The notes beneath the pieces are model-generated. The model did no database searches. It saw nothing but the letters and a program-made list of their open reading frames with translations, and was not told where the DNA came from. From an uncultured Planctomycetota bacterium (GTDB lineage: Bacteria; Planctomycetota; Planctomycetia; Pirellulales; Lacipirellulaceae): DNA of 64,000 bases. The DNA lies in contig CAVRBU010000004.1 in the NCBI GenBank assembly GCA_963719315.1, positions 576,001 to 640,000 of the forward strand, read 5' to 3'. The translations under genes and the position numbers were made by a program. Positions 1 to 10,056 of the stretch are shown piece by piece (position 1 is the first letter of the stretch; the number at the start of each line of letters is the position of its first letter).

Positions 1-1
1 A

Positions 2-424
2 GTGAAGGGCAAGGTCACCTTCACGCAGAAGGCCGATGGCGTTGAAGTCGTCGCGGAACTAACCGGCCTGCATCCGGGCGAGCACGGTTTCCACATTCAC
101 GAATACGGAGACTGCTCGATGGCCGACGGCAAATGCGCCGGCGGGCACTTCAACCCGACCAACATGCCCCACGGTGGCCCAGATAGTCCTAAGCGCCACG
201 TCGGCGACCTCGGCAACATCAAAGCCGACTCCACCGGCAGAGCGATGTACAAGCGCCTCGATACGATGATCGCCCTCAGCGGTCCGAATTCCATCATCGG
301 CCGCTCGGTCATCCTCCACGCCAAGGCCGACGACCTGAAAACCCAACCCTCCGGCGACGCCGGCGACCGCATCGGCTGCGGCACGATCGGCATCGCCGAT
401 CCGAAGATGCAGATGGCGCATTAA
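2..424 (+). CDS. sodC: Cu/Zn superoxide dismutase, 5' end outside window
   Basis: HGFHIHE, GGHFNP, RHVGDLGN, IIGRSVILHA..DD and GDAGDRIGCG motifs. Confidence 0.95.
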   Translation: MKGKVTFTQKADGVEVVAELTGLHPGEHGFHIHEYGDCSMADGKCAGGHFNPTNMPHGGPDSPKRHVGDLGNIKADSTGRAMYKRLDTMIALSGPNSIIGRSVILHAKADDLKTQPSGDAGDRIGCGTIGIADPKMQMAH

Positions 425-440
425 GTTGCCGTGCTAGTGC

Positions 441-737
441 TTAGGTCCGAGTAAGATCCCAGCCTGCAGCGCGAGAGGCCAGTTCGGCTGCGTGCTGGGG
501 CCAATCGTGTAAAGTTGCAGGGTCAAAATCAGCGCCGTTGGGCCACACCAACGTGTGTACTTCCGGATCGATACGAACTTGATTGAAAAGTTCGAGATCG
601 CGTAATGGACCAAACAGGCTGCCTGTCAAAACTGGGCGGAAGTCGATCATTTGTTCCGTTTCATCATCGAAACGTACAAGTAGCTTGTACGGACCTTCCG
701 ACTGAAACGATTCGATTCGATAGATGGGATGGGACAT
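441..737 (-). CDS. DUF2442-family protein (putative antitoxin)
   Basis: 98 aa with L.V.FDD, F.PLRD...F.QV and TLVWPNGADFDP motifs. Confidence 0.85.
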   Translation of the reverse strand: MSHPIYRIESFQSEGPYKLLVRFDDETEQMIDFRPVLTGSLFGPLRDLELFNQVRIDPEVHTLVWPNGADFDPATLHDWPQHAAELASRAAGWDLTRT

Positions 738-757
738 TTATTGTTCTAACCCTAACT

Positions 758-820
758 TCAATCGAGCGGATCGATTGGTAACGGCGACTGACCAGCCTTG
801 AGTCACTGCCAGTCGACCAT
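758..820 (-). pseudogene. C-terminal remnant of a DUF4160-like toxin
   Basis: My translation: MVDWQ*LKAGQSPLPIDPLD*. It resembles the W..L..G..P..I.PL end of DUF4160 proteins, has an internal TGA, and lies just upstream of DUF2442, the usual partner position. Confidence 0.6.
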
Positions 821-867
821 TGACCGTAGTGTTGAAGTACGACCTCGCTTCGACGAAGTTTATGAAT

Positions 868-1851
868 TCACCCCTTGCGATCAGTTATCAGCCGCTCGTC
901 TACTTGTCTCTGGAACTCTCTTCGATCGTCCTCGCTAAGCGTGATCTTCTTACCCGGCGTATTGATGTTCCCATTGAGGTCAACGGAGAAAAGGATTTGT
1001 TTTCCGTTGACTACAGCGTGCTCTCTATGGACAAGGTACCCCTTGCCGAAACGGGCAATCAGTGGTGCGTGTTTACTGACAATGTTTTTCAACCTAGTTA
1101 ACTTTTCAAGAACTTTCACCAAGTACTCTGTGGCTTGTGCCGTCTGTAGGTACGAAGTGATAAGCGATGATTCGAGATCAATCACATATAACAGTAAACC
1201 TTTTGTGTAAATTACCTCGCATGGCTCAAATACCGGCTCCTCAATCGGTGATACCTTTGGAACATTCAATGCCGTCATTCGACGTTTGTGCGAATGAGTC
1301 GATTGGCACAACAGGTTGTATAGTTGATTTAGGCGCACTTTATCTCCCTGTTCAAGCAAGCCACTTTGTTTTGTTATCTCGCTTAGCTTTGCGTCGATCT
1401 TTTCGATGCCGCGATCTCCAGTGCTCCAAGCGTCCTTTGTAGGTTGCCCAGTTGCTTGTAGAAAGCGCAGATAATAGAGTTGCACCACTAGCTCGACGGT
1501 GTTCCGCAATACCCCTTGAGCTTGTTTCGTAAAGCCGTGCAGGAAGCACAGATAAGATGCTCGCCAATCATCGAATATCTCAGATATGAGGAGGGCTGGC
1601 CCAACAAACCAATTAAAAAGTTCAACGGTCCCCTCACTCGCCCATATATGATGCAGTTGTAGGTAGAATTCGATGCCCTCTGTTTCCTTCAAAGCCTGAT
1701 GGAGATCCTCGAAGCTTTGATGCCACAGCCGAACAAGTTTCTCTCTCATCTCAGAACGAATCATAATTCGTTCCACAATCGCGTCGAGTTGTTGTTTATC
1801 GTTAATCATCGCGTTCTCGCAATCCGCTACCTTTGCGACAGGTTCATTCAT
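868..1851 (-). CDS. Hypothetical protein, possibly HEPN-like (DUF5677-type)
   Basis: 327 aa, visibly AT-richer than neighbours; A..VLRNTVE...Y and later LYNLLCQSTH motifs; start overlaps the permease stop. Confidence 0.55.
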   Translation of the reverse strand: MNEPVAKVADCENAMINDKQQLDAIVERIMIRSEMREKLVRLWHQSFEDLHQALKETEGIEFYLQLHHIWASEGTVELFNWFVGPALLISEIFDDWRASYLCFLHGFTKQAQGVLRNTVELVVQLYYLRFLQATGQPTKDAWSTGDRGIEKIDAKLSEITKQSGLLEQGDKVRLNQLYNLLCQSTHSHKRRMTALNVPKVSPIEEPVFEPCEVIYTKGLLLYVIDLESSLITSYLQTAQATEYLVKVLEKLTRLKNIVSKHAPLIARFGKGYLVHREHAVVNGKQILFSVDLNGNINTPGKKITLSEDDRREFQRQVDERLITDRKG

Positions 1852-3164
1852 GCCTTAACGCCTCAATCGGATCCAAGCTCGCCGCCCGTGCCGCCGGGTA
1901 CACGCCGAAGATTACGCCCACGAGCACCGAGATCGCGAACGCCAGCGGGATCGACCACGGGATGAGGTGCGGCTCCATCGTTTGAATCAGTTTCGGCACG
2001 TTGGCCATCTGTTGCGGGAACCAGTGGAAGAGCGCCTTGCGGGCGACCAGCGTCAGCGGCTGGCACAGTGCGCCGCTTAAGATGCCGAGCGAGCCGCCGA
2101 GCACGGAGAGCACGACGCTCTCGGCCAGGAACTGCCGTGTGATGTCGCGCTTTCTTCGCGCCGAGCGCCCGGCGAATACCCACTTCCCGCGTTCGCTCGA
2201 CCACGGTGGCGAGCATGATGTTCATGATGCCGATGCCGCCCACGACGAGCGAAATGGCCGCGATCAGGCCTAAGAACACCATGAACATGAGTTGTGTGGT
2301 GCGGGCTTGCTCCAAAAGCTCCAGCGGCACGACGACCGTGAAATCCGGCATCGTCGTGTGCTTATATAGCATCGTGTTCCGCACGAGATCGGCCGTTGGC
2401 AGCACCCAATCGCGATCCTTGACTTGAATCGTGACTTGGGACACCTGATTGACATCGCGCTGGAACTGGCCCGGCTTAATAGAGACGATCATGTCTCCCT
2501 CGCGGCGCCAGAGCGCCGTGATCGGAATATAGATATCATTCGCGAAGCTCTCGGCCGCCAACGAGCCGCCGATGCCGGCGGACGCCATCCGCGGCCGCAT
2601 GATGCCGACCACCACATAATAATCGTTGTTGATCAGGACCTTCTGGCCGAGGGGTTCGCCGAACGGAAATAATGTATCGGCCACCTCCGCCGCCAGCACG
2701 CAGTAGTTGCGGTCGTTGGCGACATCGGAATCCGACAGAAACCGCCCGCGATCGACCACCAGCCGCGTGACGTTGGCGTAATCGGGCGTCGTGCCCACGA
2801 GGCGGCCTTCGATCTTGCGATTCTTGTTGTGGAATTCGACCGACGGAATAATCCGCATCGGGATCGCCTTGGCGATCGTGGGCACGGTGGCGATGAGCCG
2901 CACGTAATCGTCGCGCGTCAGGCCATAGCCGGCGTCGAGGGCCTGGTCGCCGGATGGTTTCACCGTTCGAACAATGATGTTCAGAGCGCCCAGGCTGGAA
3001 ATCTGCTCTTGCGCCGCGCGGCTGATTCCCTCGCCCAGCGCCAGCAGCCAGATCACGCTCGACACCCCGATGAAGATGCCCAACACCGTCAGCGACGAGC
3101 GCAGCGGATGCATCCACAGGCTCCGAGCGGCCAACTGCAGCGTGCGTAACCAGACGGAAAACAT
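1844..3164 (-). CDS. MacB/FtsX-type ABC transporter permease, frameshifted near 2152
   Basis: RSSLTVLGIFIGV and GGIGIMNIMLATVVERTREVGIRRALGA; the C-terminus YPAARAASLDPIEALRHE is in ORF 1844..2113; extra A in an A-run. Confidence 0.9.
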
Positions 3165-3201
3165 GGGGAAGTGGGGAAGTGGGGAAGTGGAGTAGTGGAG
3201 G
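3165..3201. repeat. Downstream octamer arm: (GGGGAAGT)x3 + GGAGTAGTGGAGG
   Basis: Read directly; abuts the permease ATG; reverse-complementary to the array at 3602-3713. Confidence 0.9.
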
Positions 3202-3218
3202 CAGCGAATGCGCTGCCG

Positions 3219-3590
3219 TCACTTGAGTACAAACTTTTCTGGTGATCGGATCATACCGTTCAGCATCCGAGTGATTTCTGCATTCGCCTCGACCAATTCT
3301 TGGTGCTTCTCGTTCGACAGGTAACCGCAGGCTAGCGCGAAATCCAGCGACGTGTCCGTTTCCGCGTTCTCACCGTCGCAGTCGGTGAGCTTGCTGATGA
3401 AATGCGCTTCATAACGCCGTTTGGCCCAGGCCTCGCGCAGGTTCATACTGACCGATCGTGACGACCGCCGTATTTGACTCGTGAGCGCGTAACGCTCCTC
3501 AATCGGAAAATCCTTCGAGACCTCAAAAATCGCCATCGCCACTTCAAACGACTTCTTATAAACAATCAATTCCTTTACTGAATAAACCAT
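3219..3590 (-). CDS. Four helix bundle protein (23S rRNA IVP / TIGR02436 family)
   Basis: L.VYKKS, FP.EERYALTSQIRRSSRSVS.NL.EAW.KRRY..HFISKL.D..GE..ET. Confidence 0.92.
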   Translation of the reverse strand: MVYSVKELIVYKKSFEVAMAIFEVSKDFPIEERYALTSQIRRSSRSVSMNLREAWAKRRYEAHFISKLTDCDGENAETDTSLDFALACGYLSNEKHQELVEANAEITRMLNGMIRSPEKFVLK

Positions 3591-3601
3591 CTCGCCCCCT
3601 A

Positions 3602-3713
3602 ACTACTCCCACTAACTACTCCACTACTCCACTACTCCACTACTCCACTACTCCACTACTCCACTACTCCACTACTCCACTACTCCACTACTCCACTACT
3701 CCACTACTCCACT
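3602..3713. repeat. Tandem octamer array (ACTACTCC)x12 at 3615-3710 plus one copy at 3602-3609
   Basis: Counted directly; lies between the ATPase stop and the four-helix start. Confidence 0.95.
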
Positions 3714-3714
3714 T

Positions 3715-4398
3715 TTACTTCCGTTCGTCCGAAACAATGTGCCCATCCAGCAAATGGATCGATCGCTTGGTCCGCGCTGCCACGTCGGGTTCGTGCGTCA
3801 CCATGATGATCGTGCGGCCTTCCCGATTCAGGTTTTCCAACAGATCGAGGATTTCGTGGGATGTTGTCGTATCCAAGTTGCCGGTGGGTTCGTCCGCCAA
3901 AATAAATTCAGGATTGTTGATCAGGCTGCGGGCGATGGCGACACGCTGCTGCTGACCGCCCGAAAGTTGCGTCGGCCGATGGTTCAGCCGCTGGCTGAGC
4001 CCGACCATCCCCGCCAACTCCAAACTTCGCGCTTTAGTTTCCGCGTTGATGCGTTGGCTGTAATACAGCGGCACCTGGATATTCTCCACGACCGTCAACG
4101 CGGAGAGCAAATTGTACGATTGAAAAATGAAGCCGATTCGCGTCGAGCGAACTTCCGCCAGCCGGTCGTCGCTCATCTGCGACACATCAACGTCGCTCAG
4201 CAAGTACTTACCCGCCGACGGCCGATCGAGACAGCCGAGCAAATTCAGCAGCGTGCTCTTACCGGAACCGGACGGCCCCATGATCGAGATGTAATCGCCC
4301 TCGGGTACATCGAACGACACGCCGCGCAGCGCATGGACCGTTTCGCCGCTGAGCACGTAGTCTTTGCGGAGCTCGACGACACTGACGGCCAGCCTCAT
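3715..4398 (-). CDS. ABC transporter ATP-binding protein (LolD/MacB-like)
   Basis: [30 protein letters not shown]. Confidence 0.95.
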   Translation of the reverse strand: MRLAVSVVELRKDYVLSGETVHALRGVSFDVPEGDYISIMGPSGSGKSTLLNLLGCLDRPSAGKYLLSDVDVSQMSDDRLAEVRSTRIGFIFQSYNLLSALTVVENIQVPLYYSQRINAETKARSLELAGMVGLSQRLNHRPTQLSGGQQQRVAIARSLINNPEFILADEPTGNLDTTTSHEILDLLENLNREGRTIIMVTHEPDVAARTKRSIHLLDGHIVSDERK

Positions 4399-6227
4399 TC
4401 GGCCGCCCCCTGCGATGCTTTTCCGCCTGGGAGCGGTCGATCGGCGGCACTCGCACCGATGGGCACGGGCCCCACGCCAGCCGCGCCGCCGGGACTACGA
4501 CGCCTCGCCGGCACGCCGCTCGGCGCCTCACTTGATTCGCCCGGCCGACCATTCTGCATCTGCACCGCGGCACCCGGTCCGCCCGCGCCCGGCCCCTCGC
4601 TACCGAGTCCGGTCGGCTGTTGGCCAGGACTCATTGCCGCTTGCCCCGGACGAGCGTCTTCTGGCCCTTTGGCAGCACTACCGACAACAGCACCAGCGCC
4701 CACACCAGGCTTGCCGTTTTGTGCCGTGCGTTCTGCCGATGGCGGTTGCGGCACCGCCCGTTGAATCTCTTCCGGCGGCAACTTGGGCAGGCTGACGTAA
4801 TCCACATACGCCCGCGGATTCAATGCCACTTGTTCGCCTTCTTCGAGGCCTTCTTCCACGACGAAAAACTTGTCGTTCGTCGGGCCCGCCTTCACTTCCC
4901 GCGCGGTCCATTGGCCATGGTCGTACACGAAGCAATAAAACTTCGGCCCGTACGCATAGATCGATTGCACCGGCACCTGAATCGCGTTCAGCACTTCGGC
5001 ACAGTTAATCGTCACCGAGGCGGTCATTCCCGATCGCAGCTCTGGCACAACGTCGTCGATGTGGATAAACGCCTTGTATTCTTTGACGTTCGCCTGTCGC
5101 CAACTGGTCGGTTCCGCGTACTGATTGACCTTTTCCACGACGCCGTGCAGCACGCGATCGCCAAAACCCACCGGGCGAATTTCGGCCGTGAAGCCGGGCT
5201 GTACGTATTGCACCAGCGACTCATTGACGGTCAGGTTCACGCGCATCGAATCCGCGTTGGGCAGCTTGATGATCGTTTGTCGTTCGCGAACGATGGTGCC
5301 TTCATCGACGATGAACTGCTGGTCGCCGCGGTTATCGGTGACATGCGCGTACTTCACGACGCCATCTTGCGGCGCGGTAATCGTGCATTTGGCGATCTGA
5401 TCGTCGAGGTCTTGCAGCTTCTGAGTTTCGAGCTGATCGCTGCTCTGGGCCGCATCCCACTTGGCCTTCGCGATCAAGATGGCGCTTTCGAGGGTCGATA
5501 CCTGTTTGGGCTTCGTGAACTCATCCAACACCTTGATCTTGGTCTTGGCCGCGTCGAGGTCTTTTTTGGCCTTCTCCACCGCAAACCGGTCGGCCTCGAG
5601 CTGGTTCTCATTCACATAACCCTTCGACGCCAGCTTCTGGCTGTAGGCGTAATACTCCTTCGCCCGATTGAGATTCTCTTCCGCCACGAACTGCTCGCTT
5701 TCGGCCGTCTGCCGATCTTGCAGGTACGTACCTTCCAGATACTCTCGCTTGGCGATGACCGCGACGTCGTAATTGTTATGGGCTTCCACTTCGAGCGCTT
5801 TGGCGTCGTTGACCAGAATCATCTGGCTGGGTCGCTGGGCAACCAGCGCCGAGGAATCGAGCTCGACCAGGAAATCGCCCTTCTTGACTACCGTGCCTTC
5901 TGGCACGATCCGCAAGATGGCATTGCCGCTCGTGTTGTTCGATTTCACGAGCGAACGCACTTCGGTGACGTCGAAAGCTTCGACCTCGCCACGTTCGGTG
6001 ATGTTCAGCTCGAAGTCGTCGCGTTGCACGGTGTGCAACAGGATGTTCGCGTCCTGCGACGAATCACCGCGCTTCGTGAACCACCAGTATCCGCCGCCGG
6101 CAGCCAGCATGATGGCCACGAGCGCAGCAGCGGTAAGCGTGGTGAACCCGCCGGTGCGAGACCTTTCACCAGCCTTCAATGACAAGCGAGGCGTCGTCGG
6201 TGGCCTGCGCCCAACCAATGCCATCAT
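4395..6227 (-). CDS. Efflux periplasmic adaptor (MFP/HlyD-like) with Gly/Pro-rich tail
   Basis: N-terminal TM; VPEGTVVKKGDFLVELD and CTITAPQDG lipoyl halves around a coiled coil; LRSGMTA; start placed at MMALVG after GGGAG. Confidence 0.88.
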   Translation of the reverse strand: MMALVGRRPPTTPRLSLKAGERSRTGGFTTLTAAALVAIMLAAGGGYWWFTKRGDSSQDANILLHTVQRDDFELNITERGEVEAFDVTEVRSLVKSNNTSGNAILRIVPEGTVVKKGDFLVELDSSALVAQRPSQMILVNDAKALEVEAHNNYDVAVIAKREYLEGTYLQDRQTAESEQFVAEENLNRAKEYYAYSQKLASKGYVNENQLEADRFAVEKAKKDLDAAKTKIKVLDEFTKPKQVSTLESAILIAKAKWDAAQSSDQLETQKLQDLDDQIAKCTITAPQDGVVKYAHVTDNRGDQQFIVDEGTIVRERQTIIKLPNADSMRVNLTVNESLVQYVQPGFTAEIRPVGFGDRVLHGVVEKVNQYAEPTSWRQANVKEYKAFIHIDDVVPELRSGMTASVTINCAEVLNAIQVPVQSIYAYGPKFYCFVYDHGQWTAREVKAGPTNDKFFVVEEGLEEGEQVALNPRAYVDYVSLPKLPPEEIQRAVPQPPSAERTAQNGKPGVGAGAVVGSAAKGPEDARPGQAAMSPGQQPTGLGSEGPGAGGPGAAVQMQNGRPGESSEAPSGVPARRRSPGGAAGVGPVPIGASAADRPLPGGKASQGAAE

Positions 6228-6380
6228 GAAAACTCCCAGCAGTCGGCAGAATACCGTCTCAGAACGGCCCAACCAATACATTAACCCCGGCGACCGGGCG
6301 AAGTGCCGAATCGCCGCGATGCTCACCCGCACTGCGATCCAATCTGAATTATAGACATTTGACTACCAAATGTTAGCCGG

Positions 6381-6436
6381 AGTGCAGTCCGCTCGCTCCG
6401 CGAGCGGAATTCGGCTGGCGGAGCAAGCCGTCTACA
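6381..6436. repeat. REP-like hairpin doublet (CGCTCGCTCCGCGAGCGG...CTACAC)
   Basis: Similar to 31520-31575; both follow a TolC stop. Confidence 0.6.
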
Positions 6437-6445
6437 CTAAACCGC

Positions 6446-9334
6446 TTATTTCAATGGCTCCGAGCTGGGGTCAGCCGGCGGCGGTAAGAGCCCCGGCCCC
6501 GGCGGGGTGCTTGCAGGTCCCTGCAAGGCGGGCCCTTCAGTCTGGCGCGGATTCGGCGAGGGTCGCGGCAATTCCTCTTGTCCGTGGTGATCCGAACTTC
6601 CGGCCGAATCGCCCGAGTTCAACGACGCCTCCTCGGATTGCAAAAACGCGCAAGGCTCTGGCTCCTCGCACGGAGCCGTGCAAGGCAACTGTGTTAAATA
6701 CGTTCGGAGGGGCTGGTTGTGTTCGATACGAACACCGCGGCCGTCGAGTTCCATCGTGCCTAACTCGAAATCCAGGCTGAGTTCCTGCACGTCGTGATCC
6801 ACCCAAACGCTCAAAAAGTCGTTCTGCACGTTGAGTAGATCGATCAGCGCGTTGACCAGGTCGCGGGCCACCGTATCGCCGAATTGCGATTGTCCGCCCG
6901 GCTCCGTCGGCTGCCCAGGCGCCGACGGCGGAACGGGACGCGCCGGTTCCGAAAGTTTCAGTCTCGCCAAATCGACCTGCGTTATCGCCACATGGACCGC
7001 GGCCCGGCGGAGTTCGAAATTGAGATCGTCCAATTGCAAATTCCGGAGCGTCGAGCGCAAGTTGCGCTGAATGCGGTCGCGGAACTGGTAGTACGACCGC
7101 TTGGCCTGCTGATACTCGATCAGCGATTGCCGATACGTATTCCGCTCGGCCAGCCTGGTGAGCGGCGGGTCGAATTGCAGCCCCACGCGGAGCCGGCCGT
7201 TGGACCCCCGCAGATCGAAGGGCCTCTGGCTGGCGTTTTGCAAGTCGCCGCTAAACACCAAGTTCAAGTCGCTCTCCAGGCTATTGGCATTGAATTGAAT
7301 CAGCCGCCACGAATCGACTACCGACGCGCGGGCATTCATCCAATCGCGGCGATAGCGGCTCGCTATGCAATAGGCCTCTTTATCCGAGAGGTCCACCTCA
7401 TTGAAAGAGATCGCATCGAGACGCGCCCGGGCTTGCAGCAGCGAGAGCTCCAATAATGCTCCCGAAAGCTTATTGAGCGCGCTCGTGAGTTTGGTTCGAT
7501 GCTCCGCGGGAGGCAACGTCGTGGTGCCCGTTACACCGTCCAGTTCAACCCAAATCGCTTGCAATTGCTTGCCGAGCAATTCGTACTCGCTCTTCGTGGC
7601 TTCGTAGCGCTCGTTCAACCGCTCGACGCTCACCAAATCGGGATCGATATTCGCTTCCTTCGCCTCTTTGCGAATCGACAACCGCTCCAGGAACGCGCAA
7701 CGCGCCGGCAGGGCCGCCTCCAGCCGAGCAAGATCGAGCTGGGCCGCGGCAAAACGTGCCTGCGATGCCGTTCGTGCCGCAGCACTTTGTTGAACCAACG
7801 AGCCAAAATCCGGTGTCGTGACCGCACGCTTGATCCGCAATTGGTCCGCCTTCAGTTGTGCCGCCGGGAGGTTCGGCAGCCCTTCGGGCGTGGTCGCCAG
7901 CCCACCCTCGCGCAGCTCCGTCAGCAAGTCGGTTACGCGAATCTGGAGCGCGGAGAGGTCCGGATCGAGCAAATTGAAATGATCCAGCAGCGGATCGGCA
8001 ATTTTCACCTCCAAGGAGGGTGGCAAACCATACTGCAGCTTGAAATTGTCCAGCGCGTCGGCATATATGTTTTCGTTGTTCAGCAATTGGCTCTGGGCGT
8101 TGTAGAGCGCCTGGCGGGCCAAATCGACCTGAAAGCGGTCGATTCTCCCGGCCTCGTTTGCGGATTGCAATTGCTCCAAGCTGTCGCCGAGAGCCGCGAT
8201 GTTCGAGTATTGATTGCGAATGATCTGCGCCGTTTGCAGCAGGCCGATATAGCCGCCCGCTTGCTGTGCTCCGGCGCCGCCCGTGAAACCGAATACCTGT
8301 CCGGCCTGGTTGCCGCCCGCGGCGCCCACGCGACCAAATCCGCCGACGCCGACGCCGCTGAAACCTTCCAAACCGCTACCGCCCAGCAAACCGCCCCGCC
8401 GGCTGGGGCCCTGCCCCGGATCGCGGCCCGTCACCACGTTCAGGTAAAACCCGCGTTGGTAGTGCTCCATCTGCCGCACATTCGCCAACAGCGATCGTTC
8501 GGAAATCGTGAGCCGCTCCAAGACCCGCGCCCGCCCGCCTGCCCGCAATAGAGGTTGAATCAAGTTGAAATTCAGCAGTGTCTGGCTCGAATAATCATCC
8601 GGACCGGCAAACTGCCACATGAGCGAATTCGCGAAGCCGACCATCAACTCGCCGCCGGTGGCCGTCAGCTTTTCGATCCGATAGGGATTTTCGGGCCGCG
8701 ACGGATTGACTTCCAACACGCTCGACCCGCCCGCCTTGCCGGCGCGGATCGGACCTTCCGCTGTGTAGAAGACCGAGGTGCCGCCAAAGAACTGCGAGTC
8801 GAATCGGAACCGCTCGAACGTCACATCGAGGCCCGACAAGTACAGCGTTTCAAGTTGCTGCTGGTACGTCGGCGATTCCAACAGCGCCACCTGCACGGCG
8901 CCCGGCAAATCGAGGACCACGTTGCCCTGCTGATCGCGCGGCAGAAAGCTTTCCCAACTCGGATTATCCACGAAGGGCGTATGGCCCGCGTGCCGCCAGC
9001 AGGGCGCGCCCGGTTTGCAATCGACGCAGTTCATCAACTGATGCGAGATCGGATCGTCCGGCGGCATCGGCGGGCAATCCGGGCTGTTCGGGTCGAACAT
9101 CCGCGACTTCGGATCGACATCGATCCGGAATTCGCCCGGCGCTTCGCCGAGCGCAACCGACTTGTGGTCGATGATGCAATTCACCTCACGGTCAGCCTGC
9201 CGGCGGTAGTAGGGCCGCGTGCAACCCGTCGACGTAGCGAGCATCGACACGATCAGCAACCACACCGTAGCACGGGCCGCCGGCCTGTGCGAATAAATCA
9301 GTTGGCGCCCGGATTTTGAATTGATTTTCATCAT
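6446..9334 (-). CDS. Large TolC-family outer-membrane lipoprotein
   Basis: Lipobox-like STGC; LIQPLLRAGG; helical repeats; Pro-rich tail; ATGA overlap with the MarR stop. Confidence 0.8.
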   Translation of the reverse strand: MMKINSKSGRQLIYSHRPAARATVWLLIVSMLATSTGCTRPYYRRQADREVNCIIDHKSVALGEAPGEFRIDVDPKSRMFDPNSPDCPPMPPDDPISHQLMNCVDCKPGAPCWRHAGHTPFVDNPSWESFLPRDQQGNVVLDLPGAVQVALLESPTYQQQLETLYLSGLDVTFERFRFDSQFFGGTSVFYTAEGPIRAGKAGGSSVLEVNPSRPENPYRIEKLTATGGELMVGFANSLMWQFAGPDDYSSQTLLNFNLIQPLLRAGGRARVLERLTISERSLLANVRQMEHYQRGFYLNVVTGRDPGQGPSRRGGLLGGSGLEGFSGVGVGGFGRVGAAGGNQAGQVFGFTGGAGAQQAGGYIGLLQTAQIIRNQYSNIAALGDSLEQLQSANEAGRIDRFQVDLARQALYNAQSQLLNNENIYADALDNFKLQYGLPPSLEVKIADPLLDHFNLLDPDLSALQIRVTDLLTELREGGLATTPEGLPNLPAAQLKADQLRIKRAVTTPDFGSLVQQSAAARTASQARFAAAQLDLARLEAALPARCAFLERLSIRKEAKEANIDPDLVSVERLNERYEATKSEYELLGKQLQAIWVELDGVTGTTTLPPAEHRTKLTSALNKLSGALLELSLLQARARLDAISFNEVDLSDKEAYCIASRYRRDWMNARASVVDSWRLIQFNANSLESDLNLVFSGDLQNASQRPFDLRGSNGRLRVGLQFDPPLTRLAERNTYRQSLIEYQQAKRSYYQFRDRIQRNLRSTLRNLQLDDLNFELRRAAVHVAITQVDLARLKLSEPARPVPPSAPGQPTEPGGQSQFGDTVARDLVNALIDLLNVQNDFLSVWVDHDVQELSLDFELGTMELDGRGVRIEHNQPLRTYLTQLPCTAPCEEPEPCAFLQSEEASLNSGDSAGSSDHHGQEELPRPSPNPRQTEGPALQGPASTPPGPGLLPPPADPSSEPLK

Positions 9335-9792
9335 GCGGCGGCCTCCCGTCGCGGGATAGCCGGTTCCCAACGCAACGCGTGCGCCGCGTGCAGCATTTCC
9401 AGGATGGCGCCGCTGCCTGCCGCAGAAAGATGCCACAGGTTCCGCCGCCGATCGCCCTCAGCCGGCTGCTGCGCGATCCAACCTCGCAGACGCAATCGCT
9501 CGACCGTGGCACTTACCTGCGCTGGCGAGTAGGCCAATCGGCGGGCCAGCATGGTCTGGTCAAATCCGTCGCCCGCGATTTCGCGCAGGCTCCACAACAC
9601 CTGAAACTCCGGCTCACTGAGCTCGAATCGTGCGCACCACTGCCCGAGCGCGCGGGCAGCTTTTCGCCCGTTCGCGGCTGCGAAACACGCTCGCTCCACG
9701 GCGCTGGTGGATTCGGATTCTGGAATGGGTGCTGTCAACGCTAGCCGTCCCTGGCAAGCAGGCGAAGAAGAAGTCTCAGAATACCGCGGCAA
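9331..9792 (-). CDS. MarR-family transcriptional regulator
   Basis: LSEPEFQVLW, wHTH QTMLARRL..SPAQVSATVERL..RGWI, GDRRR. Confidence 0.85.
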   Translation of the reverse strand: MPRYSETSSSPACQGRLALTAPIPESESTSAVERACFAAANGRKAARALGQWCARFELSEPEFQVLWSLREIAGDGFDQTMLARRLAYSPAQVSATVERLRLRGWIAQQPAEGDRRRNLWHLSAAGSGAILEMLHAAHALRWEPAIPRREAAA

Positions 9793-9934
9793 ATTCAGCC
9801 GATTTGGAATGGTGAATTCAAGTCATTCACGAATGAACAATACATCCCTAAATAATTCGGGATCAAACCGTACAAACTTGAACCATATCGCCGCCAGCAG
9901 CGAGCTTTCAGACTGCAAGATTGTCGCGTTTCAA

Positions 9935-9977
9935 CAAAAAAGGACGGATGCCGCCTCGATGGCAACACCCGTCCTCA
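9935..9977 (-). terminator. Probable intrinsic terminator
   Basis: Minus strand GAGGACGGGTG...CATCCGTCC followed by T6. Confidence 0.7.
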
Positions 9978-10056
9978 AATTTTTTCGTAGCGGAATTCGC
10001 AAGAATTCCGACTCGGTGGATGAACGGCTGAAGTCTTGCGACTTCAGCTAATAGAA

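Noticed and set aside
3219..3590. Diversity-generating retroelement (Avd-like fold)
   Set aside because: No reverse transcriptase in the window and no TR/VR pair with adenine-specific differences; the 37-bp duplicate at 24252 is exact
3602..3713. CRISPR array (also considered for 28953-29061)
   Set aside because: Contiguous 7-8-nt units with no unique spacers, and no cas genes
3165..3713. 23S rRNA intervening sequence
   Set aside because: The flanks are protein-coding ABC genes, and no rRNA sequence is present
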